Source of the DNA: an uncultured bacterium
GTDB taxonomy: Bacteria; Bacillota; Bacilli; Lactobacillales; Streptococcaceae
Assembly (NCBI GenBank): GCA_963528645.1
Contig: CAURVH010000007.1
Coordinates: 28-64,027, forward strand
Length of the DNA: 64,000 nucleotides
Direction of reading: 5' to 3'
Below are positions 10,539-20,975 of the stretch, in pieces. The stretch's first letter is position 1, and each line of letters begins with the position of its first letter. The translations under genes were made by a program, and so were the position numbers. The notes beneath the pieces were generated by a model. It searched no databases, was not told the DNA's origin, and worked only from the letters and a program-made list of their open reading frames with translations.

Positions 10539-13307
10539 CTACCTATATCTATATATTTTCTTATGAGCTAACTTACTCTGATTACTCTTTGTTTCAGTAT
10601 TGTATAACAAGTCATTTAATTTACGAATAATCTCTTCTTTTTGAAACTTAGAAACACTGTCTACGATTGAAACTTTTTGTGAGATTACTTCAACATACTC
10701 ATCAATCATCATATTTTGAGAATTTAAAGTAGAAATCATTTTCCGTTTAAACCCCTCTATAAATTGAGTATCCAAATATAAATCTTGATAAAAACTATCA
10801 ATAGTTTTGAGGATATAAAATTCTAATACTCCTTCCCCACCAGACCAATAAAAAGGACTGTTAGAAGTCATGGAATCAAAAATTGTTCTACTAGTATAGT
10901 TAAAAGATCCATTATTATGTTGGACCCTAAATAATAATATCTGCTCAAGGCGTAATAAACTTGATACTGATAGGTTTGCTATTACATTTGATAGGTCAAC
11001 TTTATTCGTATTCAAAAGATATTCAACTGATAATTGTATATCATTTTGCTTGTCCGAATAAAAATCATTTGTGAAAATTGAATCTAATTTATCAGTAAGT
11101 AGCAAATATTCTCTACAAAAGTTATCCATTTTCTTTTTATTGCTAACACATTTCCAATGTAATTTATTAACAGAGACTTTTATACATTTTTCACTGTTCT
11201 GCGCTCTTGTTACCACTTTACCAAAGCTGAATGAATCATATATAAAGTTAAATCTGCTTGAGAATGGAAATTTTTTACCTGACAATAACCATTGAACATA
11301 TACAATTTTAAGTTCTGACATTTGATGCCTTCTACCAAACTGATTAAACCAATAAAAACCTGTTATTCTTTCATTTCGTTTTGTCCATAATTTATCTAAA
11401 ATTTCATCTGTAATACGATGGCTAATATTTGTTCTTAAGATTATTTCTTTAGCTTGATAGAAAAGGTAATTTTGTTGCTCTTCACCGCAGCTCATTAATT
11501 TTTTAATCTCAGCATCATAAAATTCAATGTTATCATCCCATTCTATATAATCTGTATATAACAATTGATATAACATAAAAGCTAATCGATATTCTTCATT
11601 CATACTTAATATTAAGTTTTGAAGTTTTTCAGCTCTTCTTTTTTGTTTTATTTCTTCTTCACTCTCAGCTTCTGTAATTTTGTTTTGGATGAAAGTTTCA
11701 ATTCTTTCCCTATCCAAGTAATTAAAACAAATTTCTGAATAAAACATACTGTTATAGAAATCATTCCGTTTACTATCATCAAACTCATAAGACAACTTTT
11801 TAAATTTAGGAAGAGAAAACTCTCTCTCTCCTTTCTCGTATAGCTTGAATAGCTGATTTAATTTAAAACGTAAAAAATCTTCATTTTGAACTTGTAATTC
11901 GTTCTCATCTTTGGAATGCTTAATAGAGTGTAATTCGTTCTTCAATTCATCAACAATTACATTTAGTTTGATAGTTTTATTGTTAATAAGAGTCTCAAAT
12001 ATATATTCTTTGATTTTATAATCACTTGATTGTCTCAAATATACTCTCGTAAGTTTCTCAATTTGTAAAACTTCAAATGTATCATCCTTTTTCTCTAGAC
12101 TTTGAAAAACTCTAAGATCTTGCTCAATTAGTTCTTTCCATGTATTCGAAAAAATATTATCTTGAAATTTCTTCAAAAATTCCCATTTATATTTGCAATA
12201 CTTTCTATAGAAGTTATAGAAATCAGAAATTTGCTTAGATGAAAGCTTTTCTAAATATTCATCGATTGAGTAAGCTAAGTTATAGTTTTCCCAGTATTCT
12301 TCATGAAAGATAGAATATACAAAATCATTACGCTCCTCTACATCAATTAATAAAAACCGATTTTCTAGAAAGACAGATACAAAATTATCGACATATTCAT
12401 CTGGTTTTTTATATACTTTCCAAAATAACTCCTTCATTTCTCTTTGAAGATAAATAGAGATTTCCTCATCAACACTTGTTTTCCGTAATTCCCTCAATTT
12501 CTTTATCATCTCAGTCGATGACGAATCTTGGTTTTGAATTTTTTTATGAATCACTTCAGCATTTAGCCTAAAAACATTATAAGCAACACTTATATTCAGT
12601 TTTAGTAAATAGATATAAATAATGACTACTATTCCTGAACTTGCTTGCCAAATATATTCAAGATAATTTGTCTGATGAATAAAATTACTTAAAACAGGCA
12701 TTGCAACTGTAAGGAATAAAAGGATATGGAAAAATTTTGCCCGAGTGAATCTTGACCAAATTGATTTATCTAGCATGAATTTAGTCTTGCTTACTCCTAG
12801 ATAATAAGCCTTATCATTTTCCGTTAAAAATTGAAGAAAACCAACGTATATACCATACAGGCTAAATACTCCAATTTCAAAACTAATTAACTCAACGATA
12901 TTGGTATTTTGAAACGAAACTGTGGGCACTTTGAAAAACTCTTGAACATAGACTAATGTTATCAGCAATAAAAGCAAGACAACTTCACTTATATCTCGAA
13001 TATGAATTCTAATTTTATATTCGAGATAATCCTTAAAATTAATGTACCTCAATATAATATTTCGAACTAGAGGTATGGTTAATCCAACAATTCTTAATCC
13101 CCACAAAACATCCGATATAGAATAAAACAGTAATATAATGATAAGAGCAATATCTAAATTTTGCATTGATGTAAAACTTAAATTACTTGATTGTTTACAC
13201 AACAAATACAAATAACCAATTACTATCACTATGTCCAGTTTTCTCCACCCATTAATAAACGAATTAATAGAGAATAGAAATAAGAAAATCCCGATTAAAA
13301 TAAACAT
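10539..13307 (-). CDS. Hypothetical 922-aa protein with several N-terminal transmembrane helices and a large soluble domain
   Basis: Long intact ORF, GGAGG RBS, strongly AT-rich relative to flanks, no recognised motif. Confidence 0.85.
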   Translation of the reverse strand: MFILIGIFLFLFSINSFINGWRKLDIVIVIGYLYLLCKQSSNLSFTSMQNLDIALIIILLFYSISDVLWGLRIVGLTIPLVRNIILRYINFKDYLEYKIRIHIRDISEVVLLLLLITLVYVQEFFKVPTVSFQNTNIVELISFEIGVFSLYGIYVGFLQFLTENDKAYYLGVSKTKFMLDKSIWSRFTRAKFFHILLFLTVAMPVLSNFIHQTNYLEYIWQASSGIVVIIYIYLLKLNISVAYNVFRLNAEVIHKKIQNQDSSSTEMIKKLRELRKTSVDEEISIYLQREMKELFWKVYKKPDEYVDNFVSVFLENRFLLIDVEERNDFVYSIFHEEYWENYNLAYSIDEYLEKLSSKQISDFYNFYRKYCKYKWEFLKKFQDNIFSNTWKELIEQDLRVFQSLEKKDDTFEVLQIEKLTRVYLRQSSDYKIKEYIFETLINNKTIKLNVIVDELKNELHSIKHSKDENELQVQNEDFLRFKLNQLFKLYEKGEREFSLPKFKKLSYEFDDSKRNDFYNSMFYSEICFNYLDRERIETFIQNKITEAESEEEIKQKRRAEKLQNLILSMNEEYRLAFMLYQLLYTDYIEWDDNIEFYDAEIKKLMSCGEEQQNYLFYQAKEIILRTNISHRITDEILDKLWTKRNERITGFYWFNQFGRRHQMSELKIVYVQWLLSGKKFPFSSRFNFIYDSFSFGKVVTRAQNSEKCIKVSVNKLHWKCVSNKKKMDNFCREYLLLTDKLDSIFTNDFYSDKQNDIQLSVEYLLNTNKVDLSNVIANLSVSSLLRLEQILLFRVQHNNGSFNYTSRTIFDSMTSNSPFYWSGGEGVLEFYILKTIDSFYQDLYLDTQFIEGFKRKMISTLNSQNMMIDEYVEVISQKVSIVDSVSKFQKEEIIRKLNDLLYNTETKSNQSKLAHKKIYRYR

Positions 13308-13338
13308 ATACCCTCCGAGATAAGTTTTCTCTCTTCAA

Positions 13339-13376
13339 ATTATACCAAAAAAACACGGTTCATCACCGTGTTTCTA
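13339..13376 (-). terminator. valS terminator abutting an extended -10 promoter (TGGTATAAT) for the 922-aa gene
   Basis: Minus strand AAACACGGT-GATGA-ACCGTGTTTTTTT then GGTATAAT. Confidence 0.75.
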
Positions 13377-13379
13377 TGT

Positions 13380-16031
13380 TTATTTCACCAACTTCTTCAT
13401 CTCATCAATACGTGCTACGGTCGCATCATATTTAGCTTGGTAGTCGGCTTGTTTGTCGCGTTCTTTTTGGACGACTTCTGGTTTGGCGTTGGCTACGAAG
13501 CGTTCGTTAGAGAGCTTCTTGCCGACCATATCCAGTTCTTTTTGCCATTTAGCCAGTTCCTTGTCGAGACGAGCCAGTTCTTCTTCGACATTGAGGAGGT
13601 CTGCGAGTGGCAAGTAGATTTCTGCTCCTGTGATGACGCTTGACATAGCGAGTTCAGGTGCAGGGATGGTTGATGCGATTTCCAAGTGCTCTGGATTTGT
13701 GAAGCGTTTGATGTAGTTGACATTGCTGTTAAAGAAGGCTTCCAAGTCGCTATCGCTTGTCTTAACAAGGATGGTGATAGGCTTGCTTGGTGCTACATTT
13801 ACTTCAGCACGCGCATTACGTACTGCACGGATCAAGTCTTTAAGACTTTCTACACCAGTGTGGGCAGCAAGGTCTTCAAAGGCTGGATTAACAGTTGGGT
13901 ATTCTGCTGTAACGATAGAGCCTTCTGAGATTTGTCCAAAGATTTCCTCTGTCACGAATGGCATGATTGGGTGCAGGAGGCGAAGGATCTTGTCCAAGGT
14001 GTAAAGGAGAACAGAACGTGTGATGACTTTCTCTTCTTCGTTATCGCTATAAAGGACTTCCTTGGTCAATTCAACGTACCAGTCCGCAAACTCATCCCAG
14101 ATGAAGTTGTAGAGGATGTGTCCAGCCACACCAAACTCAAACTTATCAAAGTTTTCAGTGACTTTTCCGATGGTTTCATTGAGGTTGTGGAGAATCCAGC
14201 GGTCTGTGACGTTTCCAGCTTCCTTGTTAGTAACTTTTTCGACATTGGCAGTTGCTTGCTCAAGGGTCAATCCTTCATTGTTCATGAGGATGTAGCGAGA
14301 GATGTTCCAGATCTTGTTAATGAAGTTCCATGAAGCATCCATTTTCTCGTAAGAGAAGCGGACGTCTTGCCCTGGTGCAGAACCGTTTGAAAGGAACCAA
14401 CGAAGGGCATCGGCACCGTATTTCTCGATAACATCCATAGGATCAATCCCGTTACCGAGAGATTTAGACATCTTACGTCCTTGCTCGTCACGAATAAGAC
14501 CGTGGATAAGCACGTTTTGGAATGGCTGACGACCAGTGAATTCCAAGGATTGGAAGATCATACGAGACACCCAGAAGAAGATGATGTCGTAACCTGTTAC
14601 CAAGGTTGAAGTTGGGAAGTAACGTTTGAAGTCTTCTGAGTCGACATCAGGCCAGCCCATGGTTGAGAATGGCCAAAGGGCAGAACTGAACCAAGTATCC
14701 AAAACGTCTTCGTCCTGAGTCCATCCGTCACCTTCTGGAGCTTCTTCGCCGACGTACATTTCACCCTCAGCATTGTACCAAGCAGGGATTTGGTGACCCC
14801 ACCAGAGCTGGCGAGAGATAACCCAGTCATGGACATTTTCCATCCATTGGAGGAAGGTATCGTTGAAACGAGGTGGGTAGAATTCTACCTTGTCGTCTGT
14901 GTCTTGGTTGGCAATGGCATTCTTAGCCAATTGGTCCATCTTGACGAACCATTGCGTAGACAAGCGTGGCTCAACCACAACACCTGTACGTTCTGAGTGA
15001 CCAACACTGTGGACACGTTTTTCGATTTTGACAAGGGCACCGATTTCTTCCAACTTAGCAACAACTGCCTTACGAGCTTCAAAACGATCCATACCTGCAA
15101 ATTCGAAGGCCAAGTCGTTCATGGTTCCGTCGTCATTCATAACGTTGACTTGTGGCAAGTTATGGCGTTGACCAACCAAGAAGTCGTTTGGATCGTGAGC
15201 AGGTGTGATTTTCACGACACCAGTACCAAATTCAGGATCCGCGTGCTCATCTCCAACGATTGGAATCAATTTATTAGCGATTGGAAGGATGACGTTTTTA
15301 CCGATCAAGTCCTTGTAGCGTGGGTCTTCTGGATTGACCGCAACAGCTACGTCCCCAAACATGGTCTCAGGACGAGTGGTCGCAACTTCAAGGGCGCGTG
15401 AACCGTCTTCCAGCATGTAATTCATGTGGTAGAAGGCACCTTCAACGTCCTTATGGATAACCTCGATATCAGAAAGGGCTGTGCGAGCTGCTGGGTCCCA
15501 GTTGATGATAAACTCACCACGGTAGATCCAGCCTTTCTTGTAAAGGTCCACAAAGACCTTGCGAACAGCTTTTGACAAGCCTTCGTCAAGAGTGAAACGC
15601 TCGCGAGAGTAGTCCACAGAGAGCCCCATCTTGCCCCATTGTTCCTTGATGGTAGTGGCATATTCGTCTTTCCATTCCCAGACTTTATCTAGGAATTTTT
15701 CACGGCCGAGGTCATAACGACTAATGCCCTCACCACGCAAGCGCTCCTCAACCTTAGCCTGAGTGGCAATCCCCGCGTGGTCCATACCTGGAAGCCAAAG
15801 CGTATCGAAACCTTGCATGCGTTTTTGACGGATGATGATATCCTGAAGAGTCGTATCCCAAGCGTGACCAAGGTGGAGTTTACCAGTTACGTTTGGTGGT
15901 GGAATGACGATAGAATAAGGCTTAGCCTTTTGATCGCCTGAAGGCTTGAAAACATCGGCATCAAGCCATTTTTGGTAACGACCAGCCTCAACCTCGGCTG
16001 GATTGTATTTAGGTGAAAGTTCTTTAGACAT
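13380..16031 (-). CDS. valS: Valine--tRNA ligase
   Basis: [13 protein letters not shown] (HIGH), KMSKS, C-terminal coiled coil. Confidence 0.99.
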   Translation of the reverse strand: MSKELSPKYNPAEVEAGRYQKWLDADVFKPSGDQKAKPYSIVIPPPNVTGKLHLGHAWDTTLQDIIIRQKRMQGFDTLWLPGMDHAGIATQAKVEERLRGEGISRYDLGREKFLDKVWEWKDEYATTIKEQWGKMGLSVDYSRERFTLDEGLSKAVRKVFVDLYKKGWIYRGEFIINWDPAARTALSDIEVIHKDVEGAFYHMNYMLEDGSRALEVATTRPETMFGDVAVAVNPEDPRYKDLIGKNVILPIANKLIPIVGDEHADPEFGTGVVKITPAHDPNDFLVGQRHNLPQVNVMNDDGTMNDLAFEFAGMDRFEARKAVVAKLEEIGALVKIEKRVHSVGHSERTGVVVEPRLSTQWFVKMDQLAKNAIANQDTDDKVEFYPPRFNDTFLQWMENVHDWVISRQLWWGHQIPAWYNAEGEMYVGEEAPEGDGWTQDEDVLDTWFSSALWPFSTMGWPDVDSEDFKRYFPTSTLVTGYDIIFFWVSRMIFQSLEFTGRQPFQNVLIHGLIRDEQGRKMSKSLGNGIDPMDVIEKYGADALRWFLSNGSAPGQDVRFSYEKMDASWNFINKIWNISRYILMNNEGLTLEQATANVEKVTNKEAGNVTDRWILHNLNETIGKVTENFDKFEFGVAGHILYNFIWDEFADWYVELTKEVLYSDNEEEKVITRSVLLYTLDKILRLLHPIMPFVTEEIFGQISEGSIVTAEYPTVNPAFEDLAAHTGVESLKDLIRAVRNARAEVNVAPSKPITILVKTSDSDLEAFFNSNVNYIKRFTNPEHLEIASTIPAPELAMSSVITGAEIYLPLADLLNVEEELARLDKELAKWQKELDMVGKKLSNERFVANAKPEVVQKERDKQADYQAKYDATVARIDEMKKLVK

Positions 16032-16041
16032 GTGTGTTCTC

Positions 16042-17382
16042 CTATCTTTTTATAACGGTCTGACTAGACCTTCTTCTATTCCTTTTTTTCAAACTGCCAA
16101 AACAAGCTCTTTTCAGTGCTTCACCTTGCATTCCTTCAAAATATTTTTTTTCAGATTTCTCAGCAAAATTTTGGAAATACCACTCAACATGGTCACTTAA
16201 ATCGACTGACTTATACTGCTCAAAATTATCAAACGATGCAATGTAACCAATATAAACTTGAATTGACAAAGATTCGTCAAAATAAGCATCATTAACAAAA
16301 TGATAATTTGTTTTTTTATCTAAAAGAAATTTATTCAACTCTGTAACTAAGTTATATTGTTGTTCATTTAAATTAAAATATTCCTCATTTAATAATACCC
16401 TCTTATCAGGTTTATTAAAATCATACCTAGTATCTGAAGTCATTTGTGAAACCAATTTTCCAATTAAAACAACAATCATATCTGTTATTTGTAATCCAAC
16501 ATAGTCTCTAGAATTACAGGACTCTTCAATTTTATTAATCTTTAAACTACTAAATATGTCACTAGGTATTCCTTCATCTAGGAAAAGGACCCATTCAATA
16601 TTTCCATCAGGATATCTTTGCTCAGTCATCCACAAATCCAATGCCCACTTTACTTTATTCCAATCGAAAGATAGTTTTAAATCTGGTTCAGATAACTTAA
16701 TTTTATGGTTATTAACTATCCTATCCATTGCAATAATAAGTTGTTGATAAACAGCTAATTGCCGAGCCATCCTCTTATTAACTTTATTATTATTAATTAT
16801 CCTATTCAAATCCTGTTTTATTAATTTCAACAAAGGTCTTGTTGGTAATGTTTTATTCAATAAAGCTTCAATAACTTTTTTTGAAGCTTCAACTTCAGCA
16901 TATTTGGTTAAAACAAATTTAGCAATAAAAGGTGAAAATTCTGTTTCTTCATCTAAAAAATTTAAGAAGTTAGTTAATCTCGATGAGATAATAATTGACA
17001 TCTTGCTAATCATAAGCAATAAATTATCAACTTCGAATTTATTTAACATCTTAAAGATGGATAAATAAAACTGAACTTCATTATTTTTCATAGAAGCAAT
17101 TCCATACTCAAAATTTGATTTCAACAAATTTAAACCTTTAAGTTCTCTATTCTTCTTTTTTAATGATTGCCGGAGTTGTTTTCTGCTTGATAAATAAGTT
17201 TCAACAATTTGATTATATTCCCGTTCAATTGTTTCATAGGCTACTTCATCAATTTGGATCACATTAGCAACATATGAATGCATATTATCATTAGCATAAG
17301 ATAATTTATTTTGCTTATCAAATGGCTTTGTAATTTTAAAGGAATTTTGTGGACCTTTTTCGTCCATAAATAGATAATTCAT
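16042..17382 (-). CDS. DUF3800-like (RNase H fold) hypothetical protein
   Basis: YLFMDEKG N-terminus, [22 protein letters not shown] match the DUF3800 pattern (DExG...ELK...D...DS-x4-LQxAD); AT-rich. Confidence 0.65.
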   Translation of the reverse strand: MNYLFMDEKGPQNSFKITKPFDKQNKLSYANDNMHSYVANVIQIDEVAYETIEREYNQIVETYLSSRKQLRQSLKKKNRELKGLNLLKSNFEYGIASMKNNEVQFYLSIFKMLNKFEVDNLLLMISKMSIIISSRLTNFLNFLDEETEFSPFIAKFVLTKYAEVEASKKVIEALLNKTLPTRPLLKLIKQDLNRIINNNKVNKRMARQLAVYQQLIIAMDRIVNNHKIKLSEPDLKLSFDWNKVKWALDLWMTEQRYPDGNIEWVLFLDEGIPSDIFSSLKINKIEESCNSRDYVGLQITDMIVVLIGKLVSQMTSDTRYDFNKPDKRVLLNEEYFNLNEQQYNLVTELNKFLLDKKTNYHFVNDAYFDESLSIQVYIGYIASFDNFEQYKSVDLSDHVEWYFQNFAEKSEKKYFEGMQGEALKRACFGSLKKRNRRRSSQTVIKR

Positions 17383-17407
17383 TGTCTCTCTCTTTTTCTT
17401 TTCCCCC

Positions 17408-17432
17408 AACTGTTCGAAATTCTCGAACAGTT
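17408..17432. repeat. Perfect palindrome at the GNAT/accessory gene junction
   Basis: AACTGTTCGA-AATTC-TCGAACAGTT, 10-bp arms. Confidence 0.85.
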
Positions 17433-18001
17433 CACCTCCCAATTTCTATTTCCCACTCACTCTTCAGCAAGCCATATATCAGACTATCGCAGCGGTTGCC
17501 TTGGGCATCTTTGCGGTCTCTTATGCGAGCTTCGAGGGTAAAGCCAAGTTTCTCTGCAACTCGTTGACTTTGAAGGTTATAACCAAAGCAAGTCAGTTCA
17601 ATCTTGTGAAGATCAAGTTCTTTAAAAGCTAAGTCAATCAAGGCACGTGCCGCCTCTGGAACATAAACTAGACCCCAATAGTCTGGATGTAAGATATAGC
17701 CAATCTCCAAGACATCATCCTCGTGACGACGAGGGAAATCAACAGAGCCGATGACCTTATCGGTTCCTTTAACGACAATTCCATAGCCCGCTGGGAGATT
17801 GTTCTTTTGATTGCGCTCAGGAAGGATATGCTCCAGATAATAAATCTCATCTTCTAAGGTCTTGACGGGCGGAAAACCTGCTGGGTAAGAAACTTCTGGG
17901 AGACTAGCGTAGGCATAGATATCCTCTGCATCAGCCACTGTTCGGACTCGTAAAAGAAGACGTTCTGTTTCGATTCTTTCTGGCAACTCTGCTCTTGTCA
18001 T
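17432..18001 (-). CDS. GNAT N-acetyltransferase (RimJ/RimL type)
   Basis: IETERLLLR, EIGYILHPDYWG, NLQSQRVAEKLGF; start MTRAE after the T-box terminator. Confidence 0.9.
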   Translation of the reverse strand: MTRAELPERIETERLLLRVRTVADAEDIYAYASLPEVSYPAGFPPVKTLEDEIYYLEHILPERNQKNNLPAGYGIVVKGTDKVIGSVDFPRRHEDDVLEIGYILHPDYWGLVYVPEAARALIDLAFKELDLHKIELTCFGYNLQSQRVAEKLGFTLEARIRDRKDAQGNRCDSLIYGLLKSEWEIEIGR

Positions 18002-18019
18002 CCTTCTACCTCGCTTTCT

Positions 18020-18207
18020 ACAAAAAATCGCCCCTGCCATCAACCTGACAGGGACGAATGTGTTTATCCGCGGTACCACCCAATTTCGGGCCAAGCCCGC
18101 ATCTTTGTTTATTTCATTTTTCATCATCAGCAACCAGTTTTGACACATTTGTGGACTTCTCAGCACCGCCACTTTCTGTAAAATGTGGGATTCAAAACAC
18201 CTCTAAT
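18020..18207 (-). promoter_or_regulatory. T-box riboswitch leader of the GNAT-(DUF3800)-valS operon
   Basis: Minus strand AATTGGGTGGTACCGCG T-box (18069-18085), stem I apical ACAGAAAG/GGTGCTGAGA motifs, terminator TCGTCCCTGTCA...TGGCAGGGGCGATTTTTT; TGnTACAAT -10 at 18214-18222. Confidence 0.9.
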
Positions 18208-18255
18208 GGCTTTATTGTAGCAAGTTTTTCACGGAAATGCAAGGGACAAGAAAAA

Positions 18256-18651
18256 TTACTTGAAGCTGATTCCGTGCTCTTTTAATTTCTTAATGGTAGC
18301 TGGGCCGATTCCTTTCAAGGCAAGGAGTTCTTTTTCAGTCCAGTTTTTAAAGTCAGCAGCCGACTTGATGCCTTCATCATAGAAAGTCTTAGCACGATCT
18401 ACCGAGAGGCCTCCCAAAGTAGCCGCGAAATCTTCTACTGAATTCGCCACTTTTTGAGCTTGTTCTTTAGTTGCTTCTACTGCTTGTTCCACTTTTTTAG
18501 AGACAACTTTTCCTGCTTGGCTGGCAGATTTTTCTGCGTGTTTCACGACTTTTTTGGTCTCTTCTACAACTTTGGTCACTGTAGTTGAAAATGCACCTGA
18601 ACGACGAAGGCTATTTCGCAATTGTTTTTTACGTTGGAGTTTCTTTGACAT
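18256..18651 (-). CDS. Helix-hairpin-helix domain protein
   Basis: LLALKGIGPATIKKL HhH motif. Confidence 0.85.
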   Translation of the reverse strand: MSKKLQRKKQLRNSLRRSGAFSTTVTKVVEETKKVVKHAEKSASQAGKVVSKKVEQAVEATKEQAQKVANSVEDFAATLGGLSVDRAKTFYDEGIKSAADFKNWTEKELLALKGIGPATIKKLKEHGISFK

Positions 18652-18748
18652 GATAAAATCCTTTCAATAAAAAATCCCTGTTCTGACAAGGATTTAATAA
18701 AGATATTCTATCAAGATTTTTGGAAAAAATCAAGAAAGGATATTCATT

Positions 18749-19003
18749 TTAATAGTTTCTCTCACCAAACAAGCCCTCTGGCAAGTCATGGAAACCCTTG
18801 CCTGCTTTGAAGTTTTCAAACTTACCCAGCAAAAACTGATAGGCATCCAAACGGCTCTCGTAGCGAATCATAGCATCTTTGGCACGCTCGTCTTGATCCT
18901 CTTCGTAGACTTTTTGACTTTCCTTGTGCGCCATGTCGTTGATCATGATCTGGGTATTAACCCAGGCCTCAAATTCCTTCATAAATTCTTGTTCGTAACT
19001 CAT
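18749..19003 (-). CDS. DUF1912 family protein
   Basis: MSYEQEFMKEFEAW..., conserved streptococcal protein. Confidence 0.8.
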   Translation of the reverse strand: MSYEQEFMKEFEAWVNTQIMINDMAHKESQKVYEEDQDERAKDAMIRYESRLDAYQFLLGKFENFKAGKGFHDLPEGLFGERNY

Positions 19004-19012
19004 TAGTTCTCC

Positions 19013-20347
19013 TTATTCTAATCCACGGAAGTAGTCCGTATCAATCTCACGATAGGGCTGAATGTCCTGAACATACTCCAGCACGCCTTGAAATTCTCCG
19101 TTCTCATCGTGTACCGCAGCATAGGTAATGTGGACAAACTTGCCTCGGGACTCAGACTTGAACCACATTTCATACTTGTCCTTGACCCCTTCATGAAGAC
19201 CTTGCATAACAGCTTTCACCTTATCTAGGTACTTGGGCGGATGACAAAGCTCAACATTGCGCCCGACTTGAGACGGCGTCCGTTTGAAAATCATCTCGTC
19301 AGCTGGTGTATTGTCGTTGTAATACTGGAAAATATCGTCTTTATTGACGAAGGTGATCTCCATAGGGAGGTGATTGAGGATGAGATTGGCCTGCTCGACC
19401 GAGAGATAGCCATTCCCAAAAGCCTGTTGACTATGGCGGTCCAGCACTGCTTCCTTTTCCTTAGGAGTAAAGGTAATGGTGAACTGGCCTTCTGGTGTAT
19501 CGATAACTTGTTGCACTTGACCTTCAGCCGTGTCTAGCTGTACGGGTTCCTCTGCACTCTTTTCCTCAACAAAACTCTGTCGCTCTGGCACCCATTTCTC
19601 AGATGGACGAATGATGGCATAGCCATAGGCATCACTTTCCTCCGCAATCTGAATCCAATCATCCTGAGTGAAAGACTCGAGGAGAATCATGAGAAGGATG
19701 GACTCTTCCTTGAAAATCATACTTTCAAACTCTGTCGCAAAAGCTTCAAAATCTTCTTTTACACTGCTAATCGAAACTTCTGGTAGTGACTTGGCTGTCG
19801 TTAGAGCTGTTTGAAAGAGTTCTCTGATCTGGTCATCCACTCCCCACATAACTTTGGGAGGTGAATCGTGTCCATAGCGCTCCATGATAGGAAAGAAGAG
19901 CTCTTCCTTGCGCTGGTAGTGGATGTCAAATTGCCCTAAAAGTCCCATTTGACGGACCAAGCCCTTGCGCATCTCTGCCAGCATTTCCTCGTCTTCCATA
20001 GACTCATAGGTATCTAACAGCCTTCGAATGCGGATCAAGGCTGCACGGAGAGCCAGATTTTCATCCTTGAAGACGCGAACGGGGTGGCCAGGGTGTTCGG
20101 TATCCTCTACTTCAACACCCTTAACAGCATTTTTAAAAAGATTGGCATGGACATCACAGAGCTCCATGACATCTTCAAAAGTGACACCTGAGTCTGAGTT
20201 CATCAGCTCGTGCTCCATGAGGGAAATCTCGATGGCTGACACACCTGTAAAGGTCGCATCAAAACGCTCCTGAACTGACTCAGGAGAGGCGCCATTGTGC
20301 AATTCTAACAAAATATCCCGTAGGATATGAATCCGTTCATCTGCCAT
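19013..20347 (-). CDS. DUF438 / hemerythrin / PAS domain protein
   Basis: LCDVH, GHPV, HYQRKEELFFP, MIFKEE, C-terminal PAS (CHPP). Confidence 0.85.
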   Translation of the reverse strand: MADERIHILRDILLELHNGASPESVQERFDATFTGVSAIEISLMEHELMNSDSGVTFEDVMELCDVHANLFKNAVKGVEVEDTEHPGHPVRVFKDENLALRAALIRIRRLLDTYESMEDEEMLAEMRKGLVRQMGLLGQFDIHYQRKEELFFPIMERYGHDSPPKVMWGVDDQIRELFQTALTTAKSLPEVSISSVKEDFEAFATEFESMIFKEESILLMILLESFTQDDWIQIAEESDAYGYAIIRPSEKWVPERQSFVEEKSAEEPVQLDTAEGQVQQVIDTPEGQFTITFTPKEKEAVLDRHSQQAFGNGYLSVEQANLILNHLPMEITFVNKDDIFQYYNDNTPADEMIFKRTPSQVGRNVELCHPPKYLDKVKAVMQGLHEGVKDKYEMWFKSESRGKFVHITYAAVHDENGEFQGVLEYVQDIQPYREIDTDYFRGLE

Positions 20348-20580
20348 TAGTCTAATCCAATCACTTCATAACCATTCGCTTCCAGTGTGCGGACAATCTT
20401 GTCCATAGGAGTTCCTTCAAGTTTAGAACCCTGCTTCAGCGATACTTTGCGACCGACTGTGTTACGCATCAAGGGATTAGCAAGTGGTTTAAAACCCAGC
20501 TCCACTAGGATTTCCAAGACTTCCGGGTGCTTGTCTACCACTTCTGCAACGGGAATTGACACATCGATGATATTGTCCAT
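20347..20580 (-). CDS. DUF1858 domain protein
   Basis: HPEVLEILVELGF; usual partner of DUF438; GGAGG RBS. Confidence 0.82.
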   Translation of the reverse strand: MDNIIDVSIPVAEVVDKHPEVLEILVELGFKPLANPLMRNTVGRKVSLKQGSKLEGTPMDKIVRTLEANGYEVIGLD

Positions 20581-20645
20581 GACGACCTCCATGTATGTTC
20601 TAAAATGATTTTCCTGCTTATATTATACCATATGGGAAGAGATTA

Positions 20646-20678
20646 AAAAACTAGCAGTGGAGTTCCTGCTAGTTTCTT
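20646..20678 (-). terminator. Intrinsic terminator of the EcsC-like/peptide operon
   Basis: Minus strand AAACTAGCAG-GAACTCCA-CTGCTAGTTTTTT. Confidence 0.75.
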
Positions 20679-20822
20679 TCATTTGCCTTTAAGTAACCTC
20701 TTTGGAGATGAAATCTCTGCACTAAAAGTGATTTAAGTTTCGTACGAATTTCTATTTCTTTGTAATGAAGTTTATTAATATTATGAAAACGAAATAGCCC
20801 TTAACTATATGCCTGCATAGTT

Positions 20823-20975
20823 TTATAATATCCTAAATATCCAATCAATAATTTTGAAAACAGCTTTATAAAAAATTATTTGAAAGAAAAATTTTAGAAT
20901 TTCCCAAAATAGCCTAATAAGACCTAAAATTGGTTTTATAAAAAGTAAAACAAAAATACTCAAAAAGATTTTCAT
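20823..20975 (-). CDS. 50-aa hydrophobic, cationic small protein (not in ORF track)
   Basis: Manual translation MKIFLSIFVLLFIKPILGLIRLFWEILKFFFQIIFYKAVFKIIDWIFRIL*; ATGA overlap with the upstream ORF and GAGG RBS 7 nt upstream. Confidence 0.65.
   Translation of the reverse strand: MKIFLSIFVLLFIKPILGLIRLFWEILKFFFQIIFYKAVFKIIDWIFRIL

Noticed and set aside
16060..16095. Possible frameshift in an A-run near the DUF3800-like C-terminus (alternative end [12 protein letters not shown])
   Set aside because: Affects only the last few residues and cannot be judged without homologues.
17432..18172. 246-aa version of the GNAT ORF
   Set aside because: The extension runs through the T-box leader and terminator; the real start is ATG 18001.
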